Below are positions 22,351 through 33,427 of a stretch of DNA of 64,000 bases, in pieces; the first letter of the stretch is position 1; the number at the start of each line of letters is the position of its first letter. The stretch comes from Porphyridium purpureum (Eukaryota). The notes beneath the pieces are model-generated. The model did no database searches. It was not told the origin of the DNA and worked only from the letters and a program-made list of their open reading frames with translations. The stretch lies in contig VRMN01000003.1 of NCBI GenBank assembly GCA_008690995.1, positions 806,001-870,000 on the forward strand, written 5' to 3'. A program made the translations under genes and the position numbers.

Positions 22351-22556
22351 TTTTGACGGAAATTAGTGAGGGGTGAAGGACGAACACCTCAGGAAAGCGG
22401 GTGTGGAGTGGAACCGTATAAAGCGCGGGAACGTGCACAGCATGCATGGTTGGTGGGTGGTGTGACGCAGGAAGACGGGGGAGCAGCGTGGGATGGGAGA
22501 CTCCTGGTGCTTTGTGGTGGTGGGGGGCGTGGATCGTGCCACAGGCAGATCTGCAC

Positions 22557-24381
22557 GATGCTGCCGTGCGCTGAGCATGGCGGCGCCCGAGCGCGACGTC
22601 GCGTCGGCGCGCAAGGTGGCGGCGCTCGCGCACACCCGCCAGCCCCGCCGACCGTGCAGTATCCGCAGCGCTCCAGAAGAGCGCGCGTGCGCGGCGACGT
22701 CGACCGGCGGGAAATGGCGTCGGCCAATGACGCGTATCGAGAGGCAAAGCGGCACGTCTCTCGGGGTGAGTATACAGAGGCGCGCGCACTGTATCGCGCG
22801 CTGACCGAGCAGCATCCGGCGGAAGGCAGGTACTGGCTGTCGTACGCTCAAATGGAAGCGCGCAGCGGCAATTTAGACGGCGCGCGCCGCTTGTTCCGGA
22901 ACGGGGCAGAGGCGACACGGCGCTCTCCGAGTCACCTGTACCATGCCTGGGCTGTGCTCGAGGAACGCGCTGGCAACGTTGACGACGCGCGGAATTTGTT
23001 TAAGCGATGCATCGCGCTGAATCCGCACGACATTCTAGCGTACCAAGCGTTTGCATTGCTAGAGGAGCGGCAGGGCAATGTGGATGCTGCAATCGAAATT
23101 TTTGAGCGTGCGATCGGGAACATGCCATCAGCCGCCGCCGCGAGTGCTCGACGTGGCGGAGGCGGCTCGAATTCGCCGTCGCGCACCGTCACAAGTGCGC
23201 ATTTTTGGAACGCGTATGGGGTCGTGCTGCAAAAGCACAAGCGGTACGACGACGCAGCTCGATGCTTCCAGCAAGCGGTCGAGTACGACGCCGCCCACTG
23301 CCGCTCGTGGCAGGCTTGGGCAATTTGTGAGGAGCAGCGTGGTAACGTCCAAGAAGCCGCGCGGCTTTTTGAGCGCGCTCTCGCTGTGGACCCATTCTCA
23401 GCACCCACGTACCAGGCGTATGCACTTTGTGAGGCGCGTAGCGGCCGAATTAACGACGCACGCAGCCTGTTCGCCAAGGGTCTCAAGTGCGACCCGCACC
23501 ACGCCCCCATATATCATTCGTGGGCGCTTCTGGAAGAAAGCGAAGGTAACTACGAAGTTGCGCGCGACATATTGGAGCGCGGCTTGCGCAAGGACCCGGA
23601 AAGCTCGGCTATGCTGCGCGCGTGGGCAGGAATGGAACTCAAGCTCGGACACATCGACAGTTCGCGCGAATGGACCGCACCGTTCCTACCTGAGAAAAAG
23701 GTGCGCAAGGGGCAGCTGAAGCGCAGCGCCGAGAATCTGGTTATGCTAAGGCGTCTCATCGAGCGGCGGACGGGCGACGACGTGCGAGCGGTTCTGACCT
23801 GGCTGAATCGCAAAGTGGAGGGCGACCTGAGTTTGTACAAGAAAATTAAGGCCAAAGGAGAAGGCGATGCTTCAAAGCTGCTTGAGTGGGCGAGCCGCCG
23901 AAGCAAGCAGGATATCGAAGCCTTCGAGAGCTGGTTTGACAAGTGGTACGAACAAGATCGTCGCATTGGTGCTTACATTTTTGGTTGGGACTTTCCCAAG
24001 CGCATCTTGGATCCACCAGACTCGGGTCTCGCCTCGGTCAAGGCGCCAATTGAGTGGTATCGGCTCAAGGACAAGCCGCGCTGCACCCTGTCCGAGGCAG
24101 ATGACGAATTCTACAATGACGAGGCTGTGGAGTATACGCTGATCGCAGAGTTTCTTGGAAGCTTTGCTGCCAATTTGGCGAATCGTGTGGGGGTCACGTT
24201 TGCGCTTCTCGGCATGTGCGTGCTTCTTCTAGGATATGGGAGCCAGTCAGGCCTCTATGACATGACTCTGACTGCGCCGTCGCCTCTTGTTCACTTGGAC
24301 AGGCCCAGTGGTGTGGATGCTGCGCTAATGGAGCTCCACGATGAGTCCGACAGGACCTCCGGTCTGGCGGATGAAGCCTAG
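22557..24381 (+). CDS. HAT/TPR-repeat protein, HCF107/Mbb1-like (plastid RNA stability factor family), with a C-terminal hydrophobic segment
   Basis: Repeated W/Y-x-A-W-A-x-L-E-x-x-x-G-N...AR.LF units (YHAWAVLEERAGNVDDARNLF, WQAWAICEEQRGNVQEAARLF, YHSWALLEESEGN). Arg-rich N-terminus. First ATG is 22557; the frame is open from 22366. Confidence 0.8.
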
Positions 24382-26945
24382 GAGGTAAGAAATCGTTGAT
24401 TTTTCTGTACAGATGGCAGGAAGGATTGTCCGAAAGTGCGAACCGTGTTTTAATGGATTCAATTCCGTTCCTGAGTGCCGTCGAAGAGTGATGGTGTAAC
24501 ATGTGCGGCGCTCTTATTTATCTTTTATTTGTAAGACCTGACGTCGCACGTCCTCGACTAGGGCGTGCGACTCTGCCTTGGGGCAGGACCTTCGGCTCGG
24601 CTCCCACCGTCGAAGGGACCAGCCACGTGGCCCAAAGACAGGGCACTTATCACAGGTGGTTCCCAGCAGCCGTGATTAAGGTGAACTGTGGACAAGTGTA
24701 CATCTCGGACCCATATGGAAGACGACAGCAGCGTTGGTTTGGGGACGACGCACGAGTCCGTGACTCGCGCATGCTAAGAGCCATACACGAAATTGGCCAC
24801 TTGTCATTTGCAGCAGTTGGAAGACGTTAATGTTCACAATTCTTGCCGCAATGATACCGTCGGGCGTGGAGTCGGCTAGAACCGGCCCCCATCCCATGTA
24901 TTACAATCCAAGCACGTCATAAAATTGTTTGCCTTCCACTTTCCAAGCCTCGCGCTCGCACCGTTCCAACACCATGTTGTGGACACACGAGACAAACAGT
25001 GACATGTCGGTGTGCTAAGTGTACTGATTTCTTCCAGGCACTTAGTTGCTTCGAACACAGAGAGGTGATCGAGCTGCTTCCCTGATTTCGGTGGTATCCT
25101 TCTGTCCTGTTACCATCTTTGACTGAGCGGTTCAGCCTCGGTATTGAGAAGGCGACTGCAAACAGTTATGCCGTGTGCACCGTGTCAGATTACAGATTCA
25201 TCATGGGAGTGAATCGGCTACAGCTTGTGTTCGCGGAATGCTCCGGGGAGAGGCAAAAAGTCACAGCAGCCGAAAAGTTTTTGCATGACTGCAGACTGCC
25301 AGCCGAAAACCCTGTGACTCGTTACTTCTTGAGATCCTTCCCGTGCTCCCCTGTGCCATGGCATACCATGCAGCACACGACGACATTTCCTGTTCGACGT
25401 CCACGTCAAGCTCAAAAACCAATCTTGCGCGCTTGCTGTTGTTCACCTGCTTGTGGTATGTTCGCTGCTATAAACACCCTCACTGTTTCAAAGCGCGCGC
25501 AGCACCGAAGTCTAGCCAACTTCGTGTGCGTTTCCTTCGAGCACCTCGCGCGCCAGGCGCTACGCTTCGGCTACATATGCGGAGAGACAAGCAGCAGAGA
25601 TACAACAGACAGAAGCGCCAGACAGCGGTTCCAAGGCCTGACCGTCACTGTGTCAAAGGACAGTGAAAGAAAAGCATGTGGAAGTGGAAAAGGACACCGC
25701 GGACACGCTAGAACATCATAAGTTATCATGAATGGAAATGATCCTCTCGACTGCCCTTCCAGAGCAAATGAAAGCCTGTCTTGGCTCACTCGAAGACCAT
25801 GTCAAGAAGCAGCTGAACAGCCTCGACCGTCTTTCACAGAACCAAGAGCGCCAATTAGAATCTCTCGTGCGCTCGTCTCTGGACGAACGCGCTCTGCACG
25901 TTTTCGACAGATTTGTACGACTCTGCGAGCTCGACTCGTACCCGGCTCACTTCGGGCCTTCTCTACCTCGGTGCAAACCAAACACCACATTGGAGCACGC
26001 CATGCCCGTTCGAAGAGTGTTTGCGTGTACGATCCTGTTTGCAGAATGTTTTAAGGTTGAGCGCCCGCATTCGATGGAGATTGGGCGAAGAGAGAAAAAG
26101 GTTGACAAACGCGTGCGCAGCGGAGGAGCAAAGGAAGACTGCATTCAAAACCGAAAAGTTCGCGGAAGAGCGGTAGCTTGAATGCGCAGTCGGTGCGCGG
26201 CCGCGGACACGAAATGTTCACGTACACGGCGGTCGGCAGTTAGCCGCGCGATGTACTCTGGCGGAGGGGAAGCAGACCTCTCCGTCGCGTGGATGTAGAA
26301 TGGGCGAAACTGCTTGCGAAACGAGGCAAATGCCGCTGATTTTATGTGGACATCACTTCTGCGTTCGAAAGCGAAAACGTTGACAAATCAGTGCGAAGGG
26401 CCGAAAAGAATGAGAGGATCGAAGGAAGATGGTGAACGCATAGCCGAGTCCTCAACTGGAGCTGAAAATGATGAGCAGTGCGGGCGGAACAAATGAGCAG
26501 AGTTCGCGAACGCGAGCAATATTTTATATGAGATAGAGGCTGAGCTCAAGGCAAAAGGAAACACGCTGTCTTGAACTGGTACGGGCGGACTGGAAATGTT
26601 CGAAAGGCAAGAGCAGACATTGATGAGCGAAAGCCATGCGACGACAAAAAGTCACTTTGTCCGCACAGACAAGTTTAGCCTTGGCCAATGCTGGGGGGAA
26701 GATGCGGAGTTTCGGCAGGAACCTGGAAGCAAGGGAGACACCCAGCCAACCCCACGCAGGTCTGCGCAGCACGAACTCACCATTTTTTAAAATTAAAAAT
26801 CTGATTTGGTGTACCTCGGCTGTGCAACCGAGCAGTCAGCGCCGCTGGACGTTTGCGGGGTGGAGTGGACAAGCAGGATGTTACCGTGAGTGACGTCGGG
26901 GACGAGGGGATAGAGGGGAAGAGCGTGTGTGAGACGTGCGGAGCC

Positions 26946-28262
26946 ATGAGGCGGCTAGTGGTATGGGCGCTGTCGTTCTGGTTGTGTGTCGTGGCGCCCA
27001 TCTGCGCGCTCGTCGTGCACGCGCCAGAAAAGTGCGGCGGCGCGCATGTCGCCACGCACGCGTCGGCGCTTTTCGGCCCATCCACGCACGACGGCTCGCT
27101 GCACGGCGTGCGCCTGTTCGCGCCGCGCCCGCAGAATCGGGGCAAGTATGTCACAAGTTCAAGTGAGGGCCCTGATGATGATGGCGAGGCCGGCGGTGTC
27201 GACGAAGAGGACGGGCTGAGACGCAGCGCGGCGCATGCTGGAGCGCTCACCAAGTCACTATCCGCATCATCCTCCCCTTCGAAGCCATCCAAGGAGACCG
27301 AGCTCTTTGATGGCTGCAAGCCCCTGTCGGTAGAAAAGGACATTGCACTTGCGAAAGACGCGGTCGTTGTCCTGGTGCGAGGACCAGGACCGTGTGATTT
27401 TGAAAGAAAGGTCCGGAACATGCAGAAGGTTGGCGCGCGTGGGGTGATTATCGTCAATTATCAAAGTCAGGGGGACCGTCTGGTGAATATGAAGCTCAAT
27501 AATACAAGTAAGAGTGACACCATCACGATTCCCTCGCTTATGGTGCTGTGGCGCGAGTGGGCGCAGCTGGCACCGTGTCGCGAGAACAACATCTCGGTGT
27601 CCTTCTCAGCAGAGGGAGAGGCTGCGTTTGATTTTGACTATGGACGTGAAGCGCTGAATTGGGCGATGATGCGCGGGATGGCATTATGGATTTTTTTCCA
27701 ATGCGGTGTCAACATGGTGCGGCTCAAGCGTCGGCACTCAGAATTGACAGCTCGCGTCGACGCCATTGAAGCGCTGCCTGTCCGCACGTACACAAAGCGG
27801 CGCACCACATCGGCTTCTGCGTCTCACGCCGCGCAGAGGCGGCCGGCCTCGTCATCCACGGCTACTTGCCTCGCGGATGGTGGATCATACGCAGCAGCTG
27901 ACGCTCGAAAGGGCAACACGAGCGCCAACAGTGACGAAGATGAAGACGACGACGATGATCATGGGACAGAACGCACTCGCTTGCGTGGGCCTTCGCAGGA
28001 GCAGCCTGATGTTCCTGTGACACAGAACAGCGTTCGCCTGCCTCAAACTTCTGATGAGGATGAGGATGAGCCGATGTGTGCAATTTGTATAGATAACTTT
28101 GAAGAGGGTGATCAAGTGCGCGAGCTAGAATGTTCACATATTTATCACAAGGCATGTATTGACCCGTGGCTGTACCAGTCAAGTACTTGTCCCGTATGCA
28201 AACGAGAGATTCCCAACTTGCCCCCGACAGCCGCTAATGCGTACGGCTCGCTCAATGTGTGA
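26946..28262 (+). CDS. PA-TM-RING-H2 E3 ligase / RMR-type vacuolar sorting receptor (RNF13-like)
   Basis: Signal peptide MRRLVVWALSFWLCVVAPICA; PA motif VVLVRGPGPCDFERKVRNMQKVGARGVIIVN; TM segment; RING-H2 CAICIDNF...LECSHIYHKACIDPWL...CPVCK. Confidence 0.92.
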   Translation: MRRLVVWALSFWLCVVAPICALVVHAPEKCGGAHVATHASALFGPSTHDGSLHGVRLFAPRPQNRGKYVTSSSEGPDDDGEAGGVDEEDGLRRSAAHAGALTKSLSASSSPSKPSKETELFDGCKPLSVEKDIALAKDAVVVLVRGPGPCDFERKVRNMQKVGARGVIIVNYQSQGDRLVNMKLNNTSKSDTITIPSLMVLWREWAQLAPCRENNISVSFSAEGEAAFDFDYGREALNWAMMRGMALWIFFQCGVNMVRLKRRHSELTARVDAIEALPVRTYTKRRTTSASASHAAQRRPASSSTATCLADGGSYAAADARKGNTSANSDEDEDDDDDHGTERTRLRGPSQEQPDVPVTQNSVRLPQTSDEDEDEPMCAICIDNFEEGDQVRELECSHIYHKACIDPWLYQSSTCPVCKREIPNLPPTAANAYGSLNV

Positions 28263-28412
28263 AGCAACTCGTACAAGAATGTTATTCAACAAAGCAGGGA
28301 CTTTTCAACGGACAAACTAGAAGTACATACCAGTACGCTCCAGATACCAACCAGACTTGACACAGCTCCCTGCCTATTCACACCAGGCACTTTGGTCTTC
28401 CAAGAAGCAAGT

Positions 28413-28859
28413 TCAGATGAAAGACAAGCTGCCTAGGATGAGCCCAAACAAGAAAAGGCTCAATGTGGTCTGAATGACGCGGAGCGCAACAAGTAGAGCG
28501 AGCGCTGAAGCAATCCCTCCCAAGAAAACCAAACCCACGCTTGGCCTCAGCCTTGTAAGGGCGGGCATTTCAAAGTCGCGCCAAATGGTGTTCTGCGTGC
28601 CCGAATAAAGCAACGCGTCATCATCTATGACTTGCCATGGCTCCGACGCCAGCATCAACGACAGCCAGTCCGCGTCCTGGACTTCGTCCTCACCACTTCC
28701 CGAGCCCTTCCCATTCTCACTCGCCTGCTGCTTTACGATGACTTGAGCACGCGCGCGCTTGGCCGCCACACTCGCGACATGACGACCCCACGGCGCCTCG
28801 CACTGGCGACGTGGGTACAGGCTCTTGCCCAACGCAAGCGGCGTCGACACGACAAACAT
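28413..28859 (-). CDS. Small hypothetical membrane protein, likely plastid-targeted
   Basis: MFVVSTPL transit-like start, Arg/Ala-rich leader, two C-terminal hydrophobic helices. Confidence 0.6.
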   Translation of the reverse strand: MFVVSTPLALGKSLYPRRQCEAPWGRHVASVAAKRARAQVIVKQQASENGKGSGSGEDEVQDADWLSLMLASEPWQVIDDDALLYSGTQNTIWRDFEMPALTRLRPSVGLVFLGGIASALALLVALRVIQTTLSLFLFGLILGSLSFI

Positions 28860-29322
28860 GGTTCACTTCCACATGCACACGCAGGCCAGCACGAATTCTT
28901 CGACAACTTCTTCTTCTCTTCGACACTTCGCCAGCATCACCTTCTCTTGGTCTCTCACTCGCTGCGTCGCTCTAGGACCCGTTCTTCCCGTCCACCCTTT
29001 CAGAAGCTACCCATAAATGTTGCACACATGACTCGCGCATCGAACGCTCGAGATTTTTTTTCGGTTTGTGGCGTCTGCGTGCCTTTTTTGCCTCCACGAC
29101 CCAGACTGTACTTCGACTCCTCTGCACTGTACTTTTTTGGTCTTGCAGTTTGGCGTTTGGGCGTTCGCTTTTCCGCGAAACACCTCCGTTGCCATGCGCG
29201 AGAGAGAGCCTTTGCCATGCCGCGGCGCGCTCATTGCCGAGCAGCAAAGCGTGAGCGCAAGCCAAACGGAAGGCATAGATACGCCTTCACTCTGAATCGT
29301 ATGGACCTATCGGCCATGCGCT

Positions 29323-31149
29323 TCATTGTCGAGTGCGCGGTAAATAGACAGGAGGCTCAGCCGACACTTCGGGAGGCCGCCTCGCAAGTTCCTCGGTCAG
29401 GTTCTTGCAACCAGTAAACGGAGGCATGTCTTCAATTTGAATCAAGTGGTCTGGAAATACAAACAGCGGCTGGCCACGGAACTCAATTTCGGCCTCCATG
29501 TTTCGCAGATCCGTCCAGCGCCTAATTTTCTCAGCCCGATGCGCTGGGGAGAGCGGCGGTGTTTGCTGCTCATGCAGGCGCTGTGAGAGTGGCAGATCAT
29601 CCTTTGCAGCTGCAGGTGGAGGTGGAGGCAGTGTATGTCGAACGTCAGCCACGATTGCAGCAGGAGGACTTGGATAGCTGAGGGCTGTTCCTGAAGATGA
29701 TGCTGTACTGGCTGCAATCCCTGTTGTCTTTGCCTCCATGCCCTTGACCGGAGATGATGGACCAACGTCCGCAGGTCTACCTCCGCCTGCCGCCATGCCC
29801 TCTGTTCTTTCAATGTTGGCGTGCGCAATCTTTGAATCCTCCAGTTCTGCGTTGGCATCCGTTTCTTGGATGTTTTCTAGATTGTCGTCGTGCAGAGGGA
29901 ACTCTTCCTTCATCCACTTTTCCGTTTCAATTAGTTCCACCTGCCTCTCCTCGAGCGAGTCAATAATCCTAGTGTTCGTTAGGGAGGCATCTGGAGCCCA
30001 TGTGATTCCCTTCTTCCGCGGTAAAACAACAGCCTGTGTGGCTGCTGCCGCTGTGGGAAGCGAGATCGGCGCATTCTGCACCTGGTGAGCATCAGACGAT
30101 ACATGAGCTTTGCTTTCTATCCTTGGCACCATTTTCGGCTTCTTGAGGTTCGCATTCGTTTCATTCGAAGGCCCAAATAGGTCACCATCTGAAACTGCGG
30201 CCCGTATTGGCTCCCTTACTCGCTTCTTCGCCGCAGCCTGCTCCATCCATTCCGTTCGAGCCACGGCTTTCGGAGCATCAGCCGCCGGGCGCACCGCCTG
30301 TCGCGCAGTACTTTGCGCGCTGTTATTGTTCACGCCCTTGCGAACCAAAGGCGGTCCTTTTTGTGGTGCCGAAGGGACACGCTGTGGTTGAGAATTCTTC
30401 ACTTTGTCCTTTTGGGCCTTCTCGGTATTCTGCTGTTTTGAGACTTCTATCCAGCGGTTGTAGAGATCAATCGTCTGCTGCAGCGCTTCTTTGCCATTGA
30501 TATTGAAGAGCTTTAGGGATACTCCCATTTCATTGCAGGCGGCAACCTCTTTTTCGAGAGCGTTTTCGTCCTTAAGTGCCTTACGCGTTCTGTGCACAAC
30601 GGTCAAAAGAAATTTGGCGCGCTTCAGGTCCTGTTTGCTTTTCATTTCTGTCATGGACAGCATTCTAACAACATCCTTAACTCGAGCGTACTTCCGGGGC
30701 TGGTCATTATACCACCACCACATCCACAGAGCCAAAGCACGCAGCTCCAATTCCACCTCCGTCCAATTCTGCATCAGCTGAACAAACTGCTGATGGAATT
30801 TGCAGGCCTTCAGGTCTATAAGAACGGCATAAACCGTGTTACTCATTGTCGTGTACTGCTCGTCGCTAAACCTGGTGCGCAGCTGCGAAATCTCGTCCAG
30901 CGGATCTGCGAGCTCCTTGCCCAACACGGCCTTGATCCGGGCGTTCGCGAGGAAGCATGACAGCGCGCGCTTGAACAGCCACGTATTGATGTCCGACTGG
31001 GTCGCGTCGGGCCACTCATCTCCGCTGTACGCGCCGTCTATCTGCAGCTTCTCGTGCGCTTCGAGCACGGCCAGCGCCAGTTCGCGGAGCTCGGGCTTCC
31101 ACAGCGCGTCCACGCGCCCTTTCCTGTACGCCTCCGCGACCTCTCCCAT
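29323..31149 (-). CDS. Hypothetical nuclear protein with a PP1-docking RVxW motif (PNUTS/Ref2-like)
   Basis: About 608 aa from the first ATG (31149). Helical N-terminal region, then low-complexity sequence containing RKKGITWAPDASLTNTRII and Pro-rich stretches. Confidence 0.7.
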   Translation of the reverse strand: MGEVAEAYRKGRVDALWKPELRELALAVLEAHEKLQIDGAYSGDEWPDATQSDINTWLFKRALSCFLANARIKAVLGKELADPLDEISQLRTRFSDEQYTTMSNTVYAVLIDLKACKFHQQFVQLMQNWTEVELELRALALWMWWWYNDQPRKYARVKDVVRMLSMTEMKSKQDLKRAKFLLTVVHRTRKALKDENALEKEVAACNEMGVSLKLFNINGKEALQQTIDLYNRWIEVSKQQNTEKAQKDKVKNSQPQRVPSAPQKGPPLVRKGVNNNSAQSTARQAVRPAADAPKAVARTEWMEQAAAKKRVREPIRAAVSDGDLFGPSNETNANLKKPKMVPRIESKAHVSSDAHQVQNAPISLPTAAAATQAVVLPRKKGITWAPDASLTNTRIIDSLEERQVELIETEKWMKEEFPLHDDNLENIQETDANAELEDSKIAHANIERTEGMAAGGGRPADVGPSSPVKGMEAKTTGIAASTASSSGTALSYPSPPAAIVADVRHTLPPPPPAAAKDDLPLSQRLHEQQTPPLSPAHRAEKIRRWTDLRNMEAEIEFRGQPLFVFPDHLIQIEDMPPFTGCKNLTEELARRPPEVSAEPPVYLPRTRQ

Positions 31150-31510
31150 CCCGTGCGAGAAGCATGTAGACGCTACCTCGCCGCACTTGCTTCCGTCGGG
31201 CCCGTGTTCTCTCTCTTCGCTCACTCGCGCCTCTTCCCGCCCGCATGCACTCCCACATCGCCCTGCCGCGAAAATAAAAGCGCGCCGTGCCGATCGAAAA
31301 ACGAACTCAGACGGAGGTACAGTGCGTCCTCTTTGGAAGTGTACTTGACAAGGAGCTGCTGCGTGCTCCTCGCGCCAGTCACTGGGAGAGAGAAAGAGAG
31401 TCGTGGCGAAGCAGGTGTTGATGAGCATGTTGATGGTGCCAGGGTATTTACAAACAGGTTAAAAAGGTAAAGAAACCAGACGCGCATGGCTGACATGCGC
31501 GATGCTACTT

Positions 31511-32572
31511 CTACAAGTCGCAGAAGCAAGTCGGCTTGAACTCGACCGTCACCTGCTCGTCCCCGTCCGCGCGACCTGTCCTGTCCAGGTCTGTCGCGGG
31601 GTTCCCAACATGGTCCTTCCAGTACCACTTGCCAAGGTTCGCAATCTTGTCGTTATTCTCGTCGTACGTCTGCACATTCACACCAAACATCTTGTTCACA
31701 TCGTAAAAGTGCGCTCGGATGCCGCTTCCGTCCCCGAGCAGCGGGCCCAGGCAGAACCCGTCCGACTTGTATACGTAGAACGTGTGCTCGGTCTTGATGT
31801 CCTTGGTCCCGTCGCCGCTGTAGAAATCTGCAGGGTCGTCCATGATCTCAATGTTAAGCGGGTACGACGCAGTCACCCAGCTCTTCACCCTGCGGTTGAA
31901 CTCGTTCTTGTCCGCCTCCAAGTAAAGGTCCTCTCCGATCTGCCAATTGCCGTAGATTGCGCAGAAATGTAGCTCCTCGTCCTGTATCGTGCGCACCATG
32001 CGCACATTCATGAAGTCCAACTCCACCGTGTCGATGCTCGTCGCCTTCGCGTCCTGGTATCCGTACGCCTCGTTCACGCTCACATCGACGGGCACAGCCC
32101 TGATGCATCCCGACTTGACCCCGTCAATGTACACATTTACAAACTTGTTACACACACTGCTGTCCCCGCTCGGCTCGGCCTTGGCGCAAGACGCCCCAGA
32201 TTCCAGGGAGCACTCGACAAGGGCCCCCGCACTCATCAGCGTCGACGACACGGACGAGCTCGGCTTGTCGCACTCAAAGGTCTGCACCTCGCACAACTCC
32301 GTACCAGGGCACCCGCACGAATACCCGTTCTTCTTTGGCATCACGCGGCAGGTACGGTCACCCTCCACCTCCAGCGGAAAATAGTCCTTCTTCGAACACG
32401 TGCAATGTGTGCCGTTGTTCTGAAGGCACGACGCCGTCACGTCTACCCTGTCCACAATGCGCAGCGTGCTCAGCGGATACATCACTGGCGCCGCAATGGT
32501 CTGCTTGCTGGACACCAGCAGCACAATGCCCAACGAGAGTATGAGCCATCCAATTCTGATGCCATTCTTCAT
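31511..32572 (-). CDS. Secreted cysteine-rich protein of unknown function
   Basis: Signal peptide MKNGIRIGWLILSLGIVLLVSS; Cys-rich module CLQNNGTHCTC...CRV...CGCPGTELC...C; acidic beta-rich C-terminal domain ending CFCDL. Confidence 0.75.
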   Translation of the reverse strand: MKNGIRIGWLILSLGIVLLVSSKQTIAAPVMYPLSTLRIVDRVDVTASCLQNNGTHCTCSKKDYFPLEVEGDRTCRVMPKKNGYSCGCPGTELCEVQTFECDKPSSSVSSTLMSAGALVECSLESGASCAKAEPSGDSSVCNKFVNVYIDGVKSGCIRAVPVDVSVNEAYGYQDAKATSIDTVELDFMNVRMVRTIQDEELHFCAIYGNWQIGEDLYLEADKNEFNRRVKSWVTASYPLNIEIMDDPADFYSGDGTKDIKTEHTFYVYKSDGFCLGPLLGDGSGIRAHFYDVNKMFGVNVQTYDENNDKIANLGKWYWKDHVGNPATDLDRTGRADGDEQVTVEFKPTCFCDL

Positions 32573-33427
32573 CTTGTCTCCGCAATAAGCCGTTCGACTG
32601 TCGTCCCCGCGTATGCAAATCGAAGCAACCCTTTCTGTGTCGGCGTCCACAAAACGGAACGTACAATGTTTCAATCACACCGACCTCTTCAGCCTATTCC
32701 AATGCACCTGTTCTTTGTATGCTCTGAGACATGAACTCCTTTGCACCGACTCTCAACACAGCTACGTCTGCGTCTGTCGCCGGCTCTTATAGCCCTTCCC
32801 GTCCGTGGACACGCCGCGGGCGGCCAAACGGCCCCGCAACTCATGTCCAAACACACGACCATCCGCACCAGTTGAGGCAGGGCACTGCAGCAGAATCCCA
32901 ACTGGTTCATGAACTTGCCATGGCCGTCTGCGTTTTGCGTCGCATGCAGATCATGCCGTTCTCCCACACCAACATCGCCTCAGAAGCAAACCGGTTCCAA
33001 TGTTTTCTCAATTGCTGACCTTCTCATGAGCAAATGATCCATGTTTACTATGAATGTCAATGGCCATTCACTGGATTGGATTACTGGAGCAGCTTGTAAA
33101 CGGTTTCGCGGCGCCGCTTGAACGCTCCGTGGCTTTTTGCTCATCTGCAGCATATGCCGCAAGGAGAACACGACAATTGCGACACTTACCATACTTTTAC
33201 ACAACACAGGTGCTACATTGCGCCTTTTCATTTCGATTCAAGTGCCTCTAATCTGGGACGAACGGGACAAAAATACACACGGGAAGCTTGGCAACGCACC
33301 ACAAGAGCTACCCGAGAAATCAAACTATACAGACATGCCGTCGATGCCAAACCAAGATCTTCAGATCCGTTCTGACAACTTCCACCTGTGCAGGAACACG
33401 TCACGAGCTCAAAAGAACCAGCAGCCT

